Positions 17,566 to 26,797 of a stretch of DNA of 64,000 bases are shown piece by piece. Position 1 is the stretch's first letter; each line of letters starts with the position of its first letter. Origin of the DNA: Minisyncoccota bacterium (lineage in GTDB: Bacteria; Patescibacteriota; Minisyncoccia; Phycocordibacterales; PALSA-1337); assembly GCA_041671485.1 (NCBI GenBank), contig JBAZBL010000001.1:23037-87036 (forward strand). Direction: 5' to 3'. The position numbers and the translations under genes are program-made. A model generated the notes under the pieces. That model saw only the letters and a list, made by a program, of their open reading frames with translations. It was not told the origin of the DNA and did no database searches.

Positions 17566-17600
17566 AAGCCAGATGTATTTAATCTTTGTGCATCTGGCTT
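17566..17600 (+). terminator. Hairpin AAGCCAGATG...CATCTGGCTT (10-bp stem, 15-nt loop) after the duplicated ychF 3' fragment
   Basis: Perfect 10-bp inverted repeat. The downstream tract CTCTTAATTATTTTAATT is only moderately T-rich. Confidence 0.45.
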
Positions 17601-17813
17601 CTCTTAATTATTTTAATTATCTTAACCCCACTTCACACCAGTGTTTTGTTGGCTTCAGATAATCACACCACACATACACTATCATCATGACTAGTGATTG
17701 CGGAGACGGTACAAAGAGCGCTACCCGTCAAATACGACACCAATCACAAGCAATTGCTTGTACTCTCGATCATCGTGCCGTTCTGGTAATGAGCCTAACA
17801 TAGTAGATATTTT

Positions 17814-17852
17814 TTGTCAAGCAATTGACAATATTCAAAAACCCTGTATGAT
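17814..17852 (+). promoter_or_regulatory. Putative promoter TTGACA-16-TATGAT overlapping an operator-like palindrome TTGTCAA-GCAA-TTGACAA
   Basis: Palindrome at 17814-17831. The -35 is at 17825-17830 and the -10 at 17847-17852, upstream of the membrane-protein gene at 17942. Confidence 0.4.
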
Positions 17853-17941
17853 TCTTGCTGGAAAGTAGGGGAGGTCGGACGATCTTTCCTTGAAAACTAA
17901 AAACAAATGCGATTTAGTTCGCATAGAATGGAGCAAGCAAT

Positions 17942-18931
17942 ATGAAAAAGAATGAAGTGTTTGGTCAGTTTATCAGGATGTTCATATCCGGATTCATCGG
18001 CACCGCCATCGCAATCTTGTCGAGTAGGCGTTTCGATAGTTGGTGGGCAGGGCTCGTCGGTGTACCCGTAGCACTCCTTCTCTGTGATGTGAAGGAAAGT
18101 GTTCGGGCAACCCAGTTCGCTCTTGCGACAATCAAAAATGCTGTCAGTTCGATTCGTCTTCAGAAAACAGAATCGATCAAGAAATTTCTCACTCCCAGTG
18201 AAAAAACTATATCGGTTTTCAAAGATCTACTTCAGAGTTTCTTCTGTGGACTGACTACATGTACATGGGTCATCTCAACCACTTTCTTTTCAGCTATAAT
18301 TATCAGTCTGTTATGGATCTTTATGTTCCTATACATATTCGGTAGTACCCGTTATGAAGGTGGTTTGGAAACGGTGTTTCCTACCTTAATAATGATAGCT
18401 GCTGGAATTCCTTTGCTCAGTTTTAGCAGGCATATCGAAGGATCCAGTAAGTCGATGAAGATATTTCCAATAAATCACCTATTTAGGAAATTCAAATTCT
18501 TTCGAGTTTGGGACGAACCGTCATCACCAAACAATAGTAATAATCCGACATGTTCCATTCGCGATAGAGATGAGCGACTGTACTCATCTGGAGAAATAGT
18601 CCATGCTTTGAAAGAGACTTTTCTTGGTGGCGTTCCGTCCTGCTTGATACTCTTCCTTGCGTGTTTATTTGGTTTGTTTATATTGCTCATCGATGTCATT
18701 CTTTCTGTGTTATTGAATGTCATCACGAGCAAAAGCGTCTCGGTTGGAGCAGGAGTGATCTTTGGACTTAGTGTCGATTACTTCCTCAGTCCGGTCAATG
18801 CTACAGCTATCTGGTTCATCGGTTGCTGTTTCCTCGGTGCTGTATCTGGATGGATCTTCTGGTGTGTAAGAGAGAAGTTGCTTGACATGCCATTGCCATC
18901 TACGGTATATGCAAATTTGGCAAATACATAG
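17942..18931 (+). CDS. Hypothetical polytopic membrane protein
   Basis: 329 aa with about 8 hydrophobic segments. No recognisable motif. Confidence 0.6.
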   Translation: MKKNEVFGQFIRMFISGFIGTAIAILSSRRFDSWWAGLVGVPVALLLCDVKESVRATQFALATIKNAVSSIRLQKTESIKKFLTPSEKTISVFKDLLQSFFCGLTTCTWVISTTFFSAIIISLLWIFMFLYIFGSTRYEGGLETVFPTLIMIAAGIPLLSFSRHIEGSSKSMKIFPINHLFRKFKFFRVWDEPSSPNNSNNPTCSIRDRDERLYSSGEIVHALKETFLGGVPSCLILFLACLFGLFILLIDVILSVLLNVITSKSVSVGAGVIFGLSVDYFLSPVNATAIWFIGCCFLGAVSGWIFWCVREKLLDMPLPSTVYANLANT

Positions 18932-18948
18932 GATGCAAATCAAAACAT

Positions 18949-19119
18949 ATGCCCTTCTCTTTTCCAAAACGGGTTCGCCATCAAGTGATTGAAGGAAGAG
19001 TTGAGATGCTTACAAATATGGGATATGATGGTAATGGTGCCGTCTTGGCTCTCACGCTATCTGTAGTCGCTCTTCTTTCCGGAATTGCCTACGTGGCATA
19101 TTGTTCAATCGCTTACTAA
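18949..19119 (+). CDS. Small hypothetical membrane peptide (56 aa, not in ORF track)
   Basis: ATG-initiated MPFSFPKRVRHQVIEGRVEMLTNMGYDGNGAVLALTLSVVALLSGIAYVAYCSIAY with a C-terminal TM helix. The call is speculative. Confidence 0.3.
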   Translation: MPFSFPKRVRHQVIEGRVEMLTNMGYDGNGAVLALTLSVVALLSGIAYVAYCSIAY

Positions 19120-19196
19120 ACAGTGTTGAATTATTTCAGGGTCCCTCTGTGGCATACAGTTGGGACCTTTTGTTTTATAAGCAATTTTGATATATC

Positions 19197-22100
19197 ATGA
19201 TACACATGAAAAAGAAGACATACGGAGGTCAGACCTCCGGAGACAAATCAAAAGAATATAGTCCCTCTTTGATTGAAAATAAATGGCAAAGAAAATGGAA
19301 ATCTTCCAAGCTTTTCAAGACAAAAGAAGATACAAAGAAAGATAAATATTATATTCTAGACATGTTCCCATATCCTTCTGGTGAAGGACTTCATGTCGGG
19401 CATCCCAAAGGCTATATAGCGACCGATATAGTATCACGATACAGGAGAATGAGTGGGTACTCGGTTCTGCACCCTATGGGTTTCGATGCTTTCGGACTTC
19501 CTGCAGAGAATTATGCTATCCAGATGAAGACGAACCCAGCTATTGCAGTGTCTCAGAATGTCAAAAGATTCAAGAAGCAACTAGAAATTCTTGGCTTTGA
19601 CTATGATTGGTCTCGAGAAGTGAATACTACAGATCCAAAATACTATAAATGGACGCAATGGATCTTTCTACAACTTTTGAATAAGGGTCTAGCTTATGAA
19701 TCATATGAGCCGATAAACTGGTGTCCTTCTTGCAAAACTGGTTTGGCAAATGAAGATGTCGATGATGGTAGGTGCGAGAGGTGTGGTACTCCTGTAGAGA
19801 AGAAGCCGATGAGACAATGGGTCTTGAAGATCACTGATTATGCAGGAAGGTTGCTTGAGGATTTGGATGTAAAGAATAATGATGATAAACCCTTACTCGA
19901 CTGGCCGGAATCGATCAAAGAGGCTCAAAGGAATTGGATAGGGAGGAGTGAGGGAGCGGAGATAAAATTTCAAATTTCAAATTTCAAAGGTCAAAAATTA
20001 GAAAAGAACATAAAAGTCTTCACCACCCGCCCTGACACCATATTCGGCGTGACTTATTTGGTATTGGCACCAGAGCATAGATTGGTCAAAGAACTTTTGC
20101 CATTGGTTGAAAACAAAAAGGAAGTTGAGGAATATGTTGGTCGTGCCAAGAATGAGACCGAAATAGAGCGCACTGATGCCAAGAAAGAGAAGACCGGCGT
20201 TGAGATGAAGGGTATCAAGGTGATCAACCCCGCAAATAGAGAAGAGATACCTGTTTGGATAGCAGATTATGTTCTTGCCGACTATGGTACAGGCGCCGTC
20301 ATGGCTGTACCCTCACACGATGAGAGAGATTGGGATTTTGCGAAGAAGTTCGACTTACCGATAAAGCAGGTCATTGCACCTTACTTCACAGACAATCCTG
20401 GAAGTAAAGATGCTGTTAGAGATAATAAGAAAACAGTAAAAAGAAAGACTGCATATGCTCTTGTCTTTGACAAAAAAAATGATAAATTTTTATGCTTGAA
20501 TTGGGAAAAATTTGGTTGGCACTCTGGGATCATTGGTGGAGTTGATGATGGTGAAAGTTTCAAAGATGCAGCTTTACGAGAAATAAAAGAAGAAACTGGT
20601 TATAAAAATTTAAATTTGATCAAGAAATTGGGAGGTGAGCAACACAATCATTTCTTTGCTACTCATAAAGATGAAAACCGATATGCAATTGGCCATGGCA
20701 TGCTTTTTGAACTTGTGAATGATGAAAAAGAATTGGTTCTCGAAGAACATAGTTTAAACCATAAACCTGTGTGGATTGATATGGATAAAATGGAAGACTG
20801 GCTCAATTTGTCAGCTTTTAAATATATGTGGAAAGCTTACAAATCTAATTCGGATTGTTTTACTGGATATGGTAGGTTGTTAAATTCTGAGAAATTTGAT
20901 GGGACAGAAAGTAAAGATGTGATGAAAGAGATTACAGATTTTGTCGGTGGTCAGTGGGTCACAAAGTATAAACTCCGAGACTGGGTATTTTCTAGACAAC
21001 GGTATTGGGGCGAGCCGATACCTGTAATACATTGCACAAATTGTTTTGCAAAAGAGAATAAAACAAACGCAATTATTTTGCATGGCTGTCCTTCGAATGT
21101 TGAAAGAGCGATGGATCCTAAAAGACAAACATATGATAAACATTGGATACCATGGACAAAGAAACAATTAGAAATAGCAGGTATTGAGACACTAGTGCCA
21201 TTGATGCCAGAACCATGGCATATGTCATATGAAAAATGGAAGATAGAATTTGATAAATTACCGATAACTGAAAATAGTATTCTAATAGGACATAGTTGTG
21301 GATCTGCTTTTCTGGTTAGATGGTTGGGAGAGACAAAGAAAAAAGTGAGGATGCTTGTCTTGGTTGCACCTTGGAAAATAAATAGTAATAATGATGAATT
21401 TAGAAATAAATTCTATACATACACTATTGACAATGAAATTAAAGACAAAATAAAAAATATCTTTATCTTTACATCAGATGATGAGGAGGATAATGGAAAG
21501 AAAAGTGTCAATATCTTCAGAGAATCTTTGAATGCAAAAGTAATTGAATTAAAAAAACATGGTCATTATATTTACGGTGATATGAAAACAGAAGAATTCC
21601 CTGAATTAATAAATTTGATAAGTTCGTTTTCTTCCAAAGTAGTACCAGTTCCCGAGAAAGACCTACCAATAAAACTACCCAAAGTAAAATCCTATGAACC
21701 CACAGGAACAGGCGAATCGCCACTCGCTAATATAGACAAATGGGTCAATGTAAAGTGTCCAAAGTGCAAAGGTAAAGCCAAAAGAGAGACAAATACAATG
21801 CCACAATGGGCTGGCTCGTCTTGGTATTATTTGCGATATGAAGATCCAAAGAATAAAAAAGCATTCGTTGACACAAAGAAAGACAAATACTGGTCACCAG
21901 TTGACCTCTATGTAGGCGGAGCAGAACATGCCACGCGCCACCTCATATACGCTCGATTCTGGCACAAATTCTTGTACGATATAGGCATAGTCTCAACCAT
22001 CGAACCATTCATCAAACTTCAGAACGTAGGACTCATAATAGGTGAAGATGGAAGGAAGATGTCAAAAAGATTTGGTAATGTTGTCAATCCTGATGAAATT

Positions 22101-22802
22101 GTCGAAATATATGGAGCTGATACACTCCGAATATATGAAATGTTCATGGGTCCATTTGATCAACAGATCGCTTGGAATACGAACAGTATGGTTGGTTCTA
22201 GGAGATTTATCGAAAAAGTTTGGAGACTAAATAATAATCTAAAGACGAATAGAGGATCGACCGTCGCAGGGGCGACAAATGGCGACTTGGCGAAGCCAAC
22301 GAAGGCATTTAGTCGCCCCGAGGAGGGAGATCCGTATTTAATTTTGATTGATAAAACCCTTCACAAAGCAATTAAAAAGGTAACCGAAGACATTCAAGGA
22401 CTAAAATTCAATACTGCATTGAGTACACTTATGATTGCTGTGAATGAAATGGAGTCTTCGGGATCGGTGACTAGAGAACAATTCGAAATATTACTGAAAC
22501 TGCTAGCACCATTTGCTCCTTATGTAACAGAAGAATTGTGGTCTGGACTTGGTAATAAGAAATCGATACATATATCAGAATGGCCAGAGTATGATCCGAG
22601 CCTAATAGTTGATAATGAAGTAAAAATCATTGTTCAAGTGAATGGCAAGGTTCGTGGTTCATTTGACGCTGATCCAGATATAAATGAAGAAGAAATGAAG
22701 AAGAAAGCGCTCAATCTACCTGAAGTGAAAAAGTGGATTGATGGCAATCAAATCAAGAAAGTGATCGTCGTTAAAAGTAAGTTGGTGAGTTTGGTGGTTT
22801 AA
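19197..22802 (+). CDS. leuS: Leucyl-tRNA synthetase with two embedded extra domains (NUDIX hydrolase; alpha/beta serine hydrolase) and one in-frame palindromic element
   Basis: 1201 aa, versus ~800-880 typical. HIGH motif 'PYPSGEGLHVGHPKGY'. KMSKS motif 'KMSKRFGNVV'. 'YKLRDWVFSRQRYWGEPIP'. C-terminal anticodon-binding domain. The NUDIX box is 'GGVDDGESFKDAALREIKEETG'. A GxSxG hydrolase nucleophile 'IGHSCGSAF' lies within the insertion. Confidence 0.9.
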   Translation: MIHMKKKTYGGQTSGDKSKEYSPSLIENKWQRKWKSSKLFKTKEDTKKDKYYILDMFPYPSGEGLHVGHPKGYIATDIVSRYRRMSGYSVLHPMGFDAFGLPAENYAIQMKTNPAIAVSQNVKRFKKQLEILGFDYDWSREVNTTDPKYYKWTQWIFLQLLNKGLAYESYEPINWCPSCKTGLANEDVDDGRCERCGTPVEKKPMRQWVLKITDYAGRLLEDLDVKNNDDKPLLDWPESIKEAQRNWIGRSEGAEIKFQISNFKGQKLEKNIKVFTTRPDTIFGVTYLVLAPEHRLVKELLPLVENKKEVEEYVGRAKNETEIERTDAKKEKTGVEMKGIKVINPANREEIPVWIADYVLADYGTGAVMAVPSHDERDWDFAKKFDLPIKQVIAPYFTDNPGSKDAVRDNKKTVKRKTAYALVFDKKNDKFLCLNWEKFGWHSGIIGGVDDGESFKDAALREIKEETGYKNLNLIKKLGGEQHNHFFATHKDENRYAIGHGMLFELVNDEKELVLEEHSLNHKPVWIDMDKMEDWLNLSAFKYMWKAYKSNSDCFTGYGRLLNSEKFDGTESKDVMKEITDFVGGQWVTKYKLRDWVFSRQRYWGEPIPVIHCTNCFAKENKTNAIILHGCPSNVERAMDPKRQTYDKHWIPWTKKQLEIAGIETLVPLMPEPWHMSYEKWKIEFDKLPITENSILIGHSCGSAFLVRWLGETKKKVRMLVLVAPWKINSNNDEFRNKFYTYTIDNEIKDKIKNIFIFTSDDEEDNGKKSVNIFRESLNAKVIELKKHGHYIYGDMKTEEFPELINLISSFSSKVVPVPEKDLPIKLPKVKSYEPTGTGESPLANIDKWVNVKCPKCKGKAKRETNTMPQWAGSSWYYLRYEDPKNKKAFVDTKKDKYWSPVDLYVGGAEHATRHLIYARFWHKFLYDIGIVSTIEPFIKLQNVGLIIGEDGRKMSKRFGNVVNPDEIVEIYGADTLRIYEMFMGPFDQQIAWNTNSMVGSRRFIEKVWRLNNNLKTNRGSTVAGATNGDLAKPTKAFSRPEEGDPYLILIDKTLHKAIKKVTEDIQGLKFNTALSTLMIAVNEMESSGSVTREQFEILLKLLAPFAPYVTEELWSGLGNKKSIHISEWPEYDPSLIVDNEVKIIVQVNGKVRGSFDADPDINEEEMKKKALNLPEVKKWIDGNQIKKVIVVKSKLVSLVV
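19223..19239. repeat. Palindrome CGGAGGTC-A-GACCTCCG (family also at 49341 and 51121)
   Basis: Perfect 8-bp arms. It lies at codons 9-15 of the leuS ORF. Confidence 0.8.
19965..19985 (+). repeat. Heptanucleotide tandem repeat (AAATTTC)x3 inside leuS
   Basis: AAATTTCAAATTTCAAATTTC. The same heptamer, x4, occurs at the 5' end of the M23 peptidase gene. Confidence 0.85.
22254..22333. mobile_element. GC-rich palindromic miniature element (family A) inserted in-frame in leuS
   Basis: GGATC...CGTCGCAGGGGCGACAAATGGCGACTTGGCGAAGCCAACGAAGGCATTTAGTCGCCCCGAGGAGGG...GATCC. About 93% identical to the infB copy (44490-44576) and the topA copy (40424-40530, reverse complement). It encodes 'STVAGATNGDLAKPTKAFSRPEEGD' within an otherwise AT-rich gene. 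Confidence 0.75.
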
Positions 22803-22924
22803 ATCCCAATGAAATACGCTCTTGAGCCGACACGCAATGCAATGTGATTCTCCTTGACTTATATTGTAGGAGGTGATAAAACTATAGTATTAAATGGGAC
22901 AATATTATTATTAATAAAGCAAAC

Positions 22925-23971
22925 ATGGCAACAGCAAACATTTCATTCAAACCAAAGCAGATCGTAAAGAAACTACTTTCATCTCTACCCGATAGGGCAA
23001 GAGACGTTATCATATTTCGTTTTGGACTAGGTAAAGATACAAAAAGAATGACGCTTGATGCTATAGGAAAGAAGTATGGTATCACTAGAGAAAGAGTACG
23101 CCAGATAGAAAACTATGCAAAGAATACCATACAAAAATCCGAAGAATTCAAACAATCAAAAACAGTTTTTTCTGAAATGGAAGGATTACTTCATTCATTG
23201 GGTGGTATTGTCGTAGAAGAAGATTTCCTAGGCCACGTATCCAAAGACAAGAGTCTACAAAATAATATACATTTCTTGCTAACAGTAGGTGAACCTTTCA
23301 AGAAAATAAAAGAAGATGATGATTTCAAGCATCGCTGGCATGTCAATGAAGAGCTTTCAAAAAATGTAGAGAGTGCCCTGAAGAAACTCTATGCAAGCCT
23401 GTCAATGGATGACCTTTTGCCTGAAGGAGAGATAGTAAATAAGTTTTTGAATCATTTGGAGAACGTATCAGAGCAATACAAGAATCAAGAAGTAGTAAAG
23501 CGTTGGTTATCACTTTCGAAACAAATAGGCAAAAATGCTCTAGGTGATTGGGGCAAGTCCAAGTCTGCAAATATCAAAAGCAAGGGTGTAAGAGACTATG
23601 CATTTCTTGTCATGAAGAAACACGGCTCTCCTATACACTTCCGCGATGTTGCAAAACAGATAACAAAGCTTTTCAATAAAAAGGCACATGTTGCAACTAC
23701 ACACAATGAACTCATAAAAGATAAGAGATTTGTCTTGGTAGGACGTGGCTTGTATGCTCTAGCAGAATGGGGTTATATGCCAGGAGTTGTACGAGACGTA
23801 GTACGAGCACTACTCGAAAAGCATGGGCCACTCACAAAAGAAGACATAATCGCAAGAGTATTGAAAGAGAGATATGTCAAAGAAAATACAGTTATGGTCA
23901 ATCTTCAAGATACCAAACACTTCAAGCGTGATAAAGAAGGTAAATATTCACCTGTTGTATTGTTAGCATAG
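22925..23971 (+). CDS. Hypothetical DNA-binding protein: N-terminal sigma-70 region-4-like HTH, C-terminal Mrr_N-like winged helix
   Basis: 'LPDRARDVIIFRFGL...TLDAIGKKYGITRERVRQIENYA' looks like sigma-70 region 4. The C-terminal 'FVLVGRGLYALAEWGY' is Mrr_N-like. Confidence 0.5.
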   Translation: MATANISFKPKQIVKKLLSSLPDRARDVIIFRFGLGKDTKRMTLDAIGKKYGITRERVRQIENYAKNTIQKSEEFKQSKTVFSEMEGLLHSLGGIVVEEDFLGHVSKDKSLQNNIHFLLTVGEPFKKIKEDDDFKHRWHVNEELSKNVESALKKLYASLSMDDLLPEGEIVNKFLNHLENVSEQYKNQEVVKRWLSLSKQIGKNALGDWGKSKSANIKSKGVRDYAFLVMKKHGSPIHFRDVAKQITKLFNKKAHVATTHNELIKDKRFVLVGRGLYALAEWGYMPGVVRDVVRALLEKHGPLTKEDIIARVLKERYVKENTVMVNLQDTKHFKRDKEGKYSPVVLLA

Positions 23972-23999
23972 TCTTTCTCATTTATGGTAAAATATTGGT

Positions 24000-25274
24000 A
24001 TGACAATCAATGAGGTTATTTCTTTTGTAATAAATAATTTTCGCTCGGAAGCGTGGCCAATAACTATCAATATTCTGATTGTATTATCACCGATTTTCTT
24101 GGCAATAATACTTTTTGTGATTATGTGGGATTTGTGGATGCAATACATTCGAGCCAAGAATTATCTCAAAACAAAAAGAGTTGTACTAGAACTAAAATTA
24201 CCAAAAGAGACATTCAAATCCCCACTTGCTATGGAGACATTTCTGAACTCTTTGCATAATACAGCAGATGGAAGTAAATATGCACAATACTGGAAAGGTG
24301 AGTCAAGACCATGGTATTCACTAGAGTTGGTCTCTATCGAAGGAAATGTAAAATTCTTCATCTGGACAGAAGAGATAAGAAAGTCAAATCTTATTTCAGC
24401 TCTTTATTCTCAATTCCCAGAAATAGAAGTCCACGAAGCAGAAGACTATACAAGAAGTGTTCATTTCGATCCAAAAATCACTAGAATATGGGGTGGAGAA
24501 TTCAAATTCACAATGGCAGATCCGTATCCAATAAAAACATATATTGATTATGGATTGGATAAAGATCCAAAAGAAGAATACAAAGTAGATCCTCTAACAC
24601 CACTTATTGAATTCCTAAGTAGTGTACCTATCAATCAACAGGTGTGGATACAGATAATGATAAGAGCACATAAAGATGAGCAAAGAATACCAGGTAATTT
24701 TTTTAAAACTCATGATGCTTGGAAAGAAAAAGCAATTAAAGAAGTTGATAAATTGTTACTTCGAGATTCAAAAACAAAAGTTGCAGGTACGAAGGATGAA
24801 GCAACCGGTTTTACGAAACTTCCATCTATTTCAAAAGGGGAGCAAGATATTGTAGCGGCATTAGAGAGAAGTATAACAAAACATCCATTTGATGTTGGTA
24901 TCAGAGCTCTCTATATAGCTCCAAAAGACACCTTCAATACACCATTTGGCATAGGAGGAATCGTTGGGAGTATGAAACATTTCTCTTCACCACACTTAAA
25001 TGGCTTAAAGCCAAATAGTAAGTTATGGCATATGAAGCTCGACAATCCATGGCAAGACTTTAGGAATTACAGACGCAATTTATTTAGCAAATTGGCTCTA
25101 ATGGCATATAAAAGACGTTCATATTTCTATGCACCATTTGTTAGTACGCCACTAGTTATGAATTCAGAAGAACTTGCAACTATTTATCATTTCCCAGGAT
25201 CTGTCTCTGCTACACCAGGACTAGAGAGAGTACAGTCAAAGAAAGCTCAAGCGCCGACCAATCTACCTATCTGA
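24000..25274 (+). CDS. Hypothetical protein with N-terminal TM helix
   Basis: 424 aa. One TM segment ('ITINILIVLSPIFLAIILFVIMW'). No recognisable motifs. Confidence 0.5.
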   Translation: MTINEVISFVINNFRSEAWPITINILIVLSPIFLAIILFVIMWDLWMQYIRAKNYLKTKRVVLELKLPKETFKSPLAMETFLNSLHNTADGSKYAQYWKGESRPWYSLELVSIEGNVKFFIWTEEIRKSNLISALYSQFPEIEVHEAEDYTRSVHFDPKITRIWGGEFKFTMADPYPIKTYIDYGLDKDPKEEYKVDPLTPLIEFLSSVPINQQVWIQIMIRAHKDEQRIPGNFFKTHDAWKEKAIKEVDKLLLRDSKTKVAGTKDEATGFTKLPSISKGEQDIVAALERSITKHPFDVGIRALYIAPKDTFNTPFGIGGIVGSMKHFSSPHLNGLKPNSKLWHMKLDNPWQDFRNYRRNLFSKLALMAYKRRSYFYAPFVSTPLVMNSEELATIYHFPGSVSATPGLERVQSKKAQAPTNLPI

Positions 25275-26260
25275 TGAAAATTTTTATTCGTTATTTGAAA
25301 CGCATTGTAAATAAGAAGTATAGGTCTTTTTTTATTGCTTCATCTGCAATTGTCTTTTTATCTGTAGTAATATTGATATTTGTATCTATTGCACCGAGTA
25401 ATTTCCCTGAAAAGAAAATAATCTCTATAGAGAAAAATTTAGGCCTATCACAAGTAGCAGATTTGCTTCTCCACAATAATGTCATAAAACATCCAAATGT
25501 TTACAAAGCTTTTGTAGTTATTTTGGGTGGTAGTAAGAAAGTCATAGCAGGAGACTATCTTTTTGATAGTCCACAATCCGCACTTCGCATAGCATATAGA
25601 ACAATAAAAGGCATACAGGGCTTGAAGAAGATCAAGGTGACTATTCCAGAGGGATTGGCATCTTCAGATATTGGTAGATTATTGACCAAGAATATTCCTG
25701 GTTTTGATGAAAAAAAGTTTCGAAGTCTAGCAAAGAGACAAGAAGGGTATCTATTTCCAGATACATATTTCTTCTATGAAAATGTTGAGCCAGAAAAAAT
25801 CATAGATATGATGCATTCAAATTTCGATAGACAGATAGAAAGTGTCAAAATGCGAATATTAGCTTCTGGCAAATCTCTAGAAGATGTTATCAAGATGGCC
25901 TCTATAGTCGAGGAAGAAGCAGCATCTAGTACAGATCGTAAAATTATTGCTGGTATTCTATGGAAAAGATTAGAAAGTGATATGCCACTACAAATAGATG
26001 CGCCATTTTTCTATATTCTTGGCAAAACTTCTGCACAGCTGACTCGAGATGACTTGGCAATGGATTCACCATACAATCTGTATAAAAATAAAGGTTTACC
26101 AGCTACACCTATAAGTAATCCGGGGCTTGGATCTATACAAGATGTTCTGAATCCTATAAATACAAAATATTGGTTCTATCTAGCAGATTCAAAGGGTATT
26201 ACACATTATGCAGAAGACCATGAAGGGCATTTGGAGAATATAAGAAAGTATTTGCAATAA
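25274..26260 (+). CDS. mltG: Endolytic murein transglycosylase MltG (YceG family)
   Basis: N-terminal TM anchor. A YceG-like domain with the conserved 'GDYLF' and 'LYKNKGLPATPISNPG' region. Confidence 0.8.
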   Translation: MKIFIRYLKRIVNKKYRSFFIASSAIVFLSVVILIFVSIAPSNFPEKKIISIEKNLGLSQVADLLLHNNVIKHPNVYKAFVVILGGSKKVIAGDYLFDSPQSALRIAYRTIKGIQGLKKIKVTIPEGLASSDIGRLLTKNIPGFDEKKFRSLAKRQEGYLFPDTYFFYENVEPEKIIDMMHSNFDRQIESVKMRILASGKSLEDVIKMASIVEEEAASSTDRKIIAGILWKRLESDMPLQIDAPFFYILGKTSAQLTRDDLAMDSPYNLYKNKGLPATPISNPGLGSIQDVLNPINTKYWFYLADSKGITHYAEDHEGHLENIRKYLQ

Positions 26261-26302
26261 TTAACAAATAAGATAGGTTACACAATCAATCTCTTTCAAG
26301 AA

Positions 26303-26336
26303 GAAACCGCCACAACATCGAAGTGTGGCGGTAGTT
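26303..26336. terminator. Bidirectional terminator-like hairpin CCGCCACA...TGTGGCGG between convergent mltG and response regulator
   Basis: Perfect 8-bp stem with a 9-nt loop, flanked by A-rich and T-rich tracts. Confidence 0.5.
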
Positions 26337-26361
26337 TGGTGAAGTTGTTTGTCGGAATCTA

Positions 26362-26727
26362 TTAGATTCCCAGAACCTGAACCAAATCGTTGAAAAGAAA
26401 TGGCTTATGGATTGTATACTGGGCCCCTACCGAGATTGCGGCCGCAACATCCGCTTTGCCAAGGTCTCCAGACATGAGACATATCTTGGCATCGTCCGGC
26501 AGAAGCTCCTTCGCTTCTCTGATCAGCCTGATACCATTCCCATCTGGATTGATGTTGAGGTCGGTAATGAGGACATCGAACTCTGGATCTCCAGACAAGT
26601 ATTCCAGAGTTTCACTTTCAGATCCAAAATCAACGACATGATGACCCAGTCCTCGAAAACGTATTGCCAACGTGAGACGAAGAAGCTCAGTGTCATCAAC
26701 GATTAGTATCTTTAGTAACTTATTCAT
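26362..26727 (-). CDS. Single-domain response regulator (CheY-like receiver)
   Basis: 121 aa. 'ILIVDDTELLR' and the phospho-acceptor region 'DVLITDLNI'. Confidence 0.85.
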   Translation of the reverse strand: MNKLLKILIVDDTELLRLTLAIRFRGLGHHVVDFGSESETLEYLSGDPEFDVLITDLNINPDGNGIRLIREAKELLPDDAKICLMSGDLGKADVAAAISVGAQYTIHKPFLFNDLVQVLGI

Positions 26728-26797
26728 CGTATTTTTCTCTTTCTTTATCCGAATTTATTTCTTTATCTGTTCTAAAAAGTATGATATCATCATTAAT

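Noticed and set aside
19197-22802. Inteins as explanation for the extra ~400 aa in LeuRS
   Set aside because: The insert boundaries lack Cys/Ser-start and His-Asn-end splice junctions. The inserted sequences carry NUDIX and GxSxG hydrolase signatures instead of Hint/LAGLIDADG motifs.
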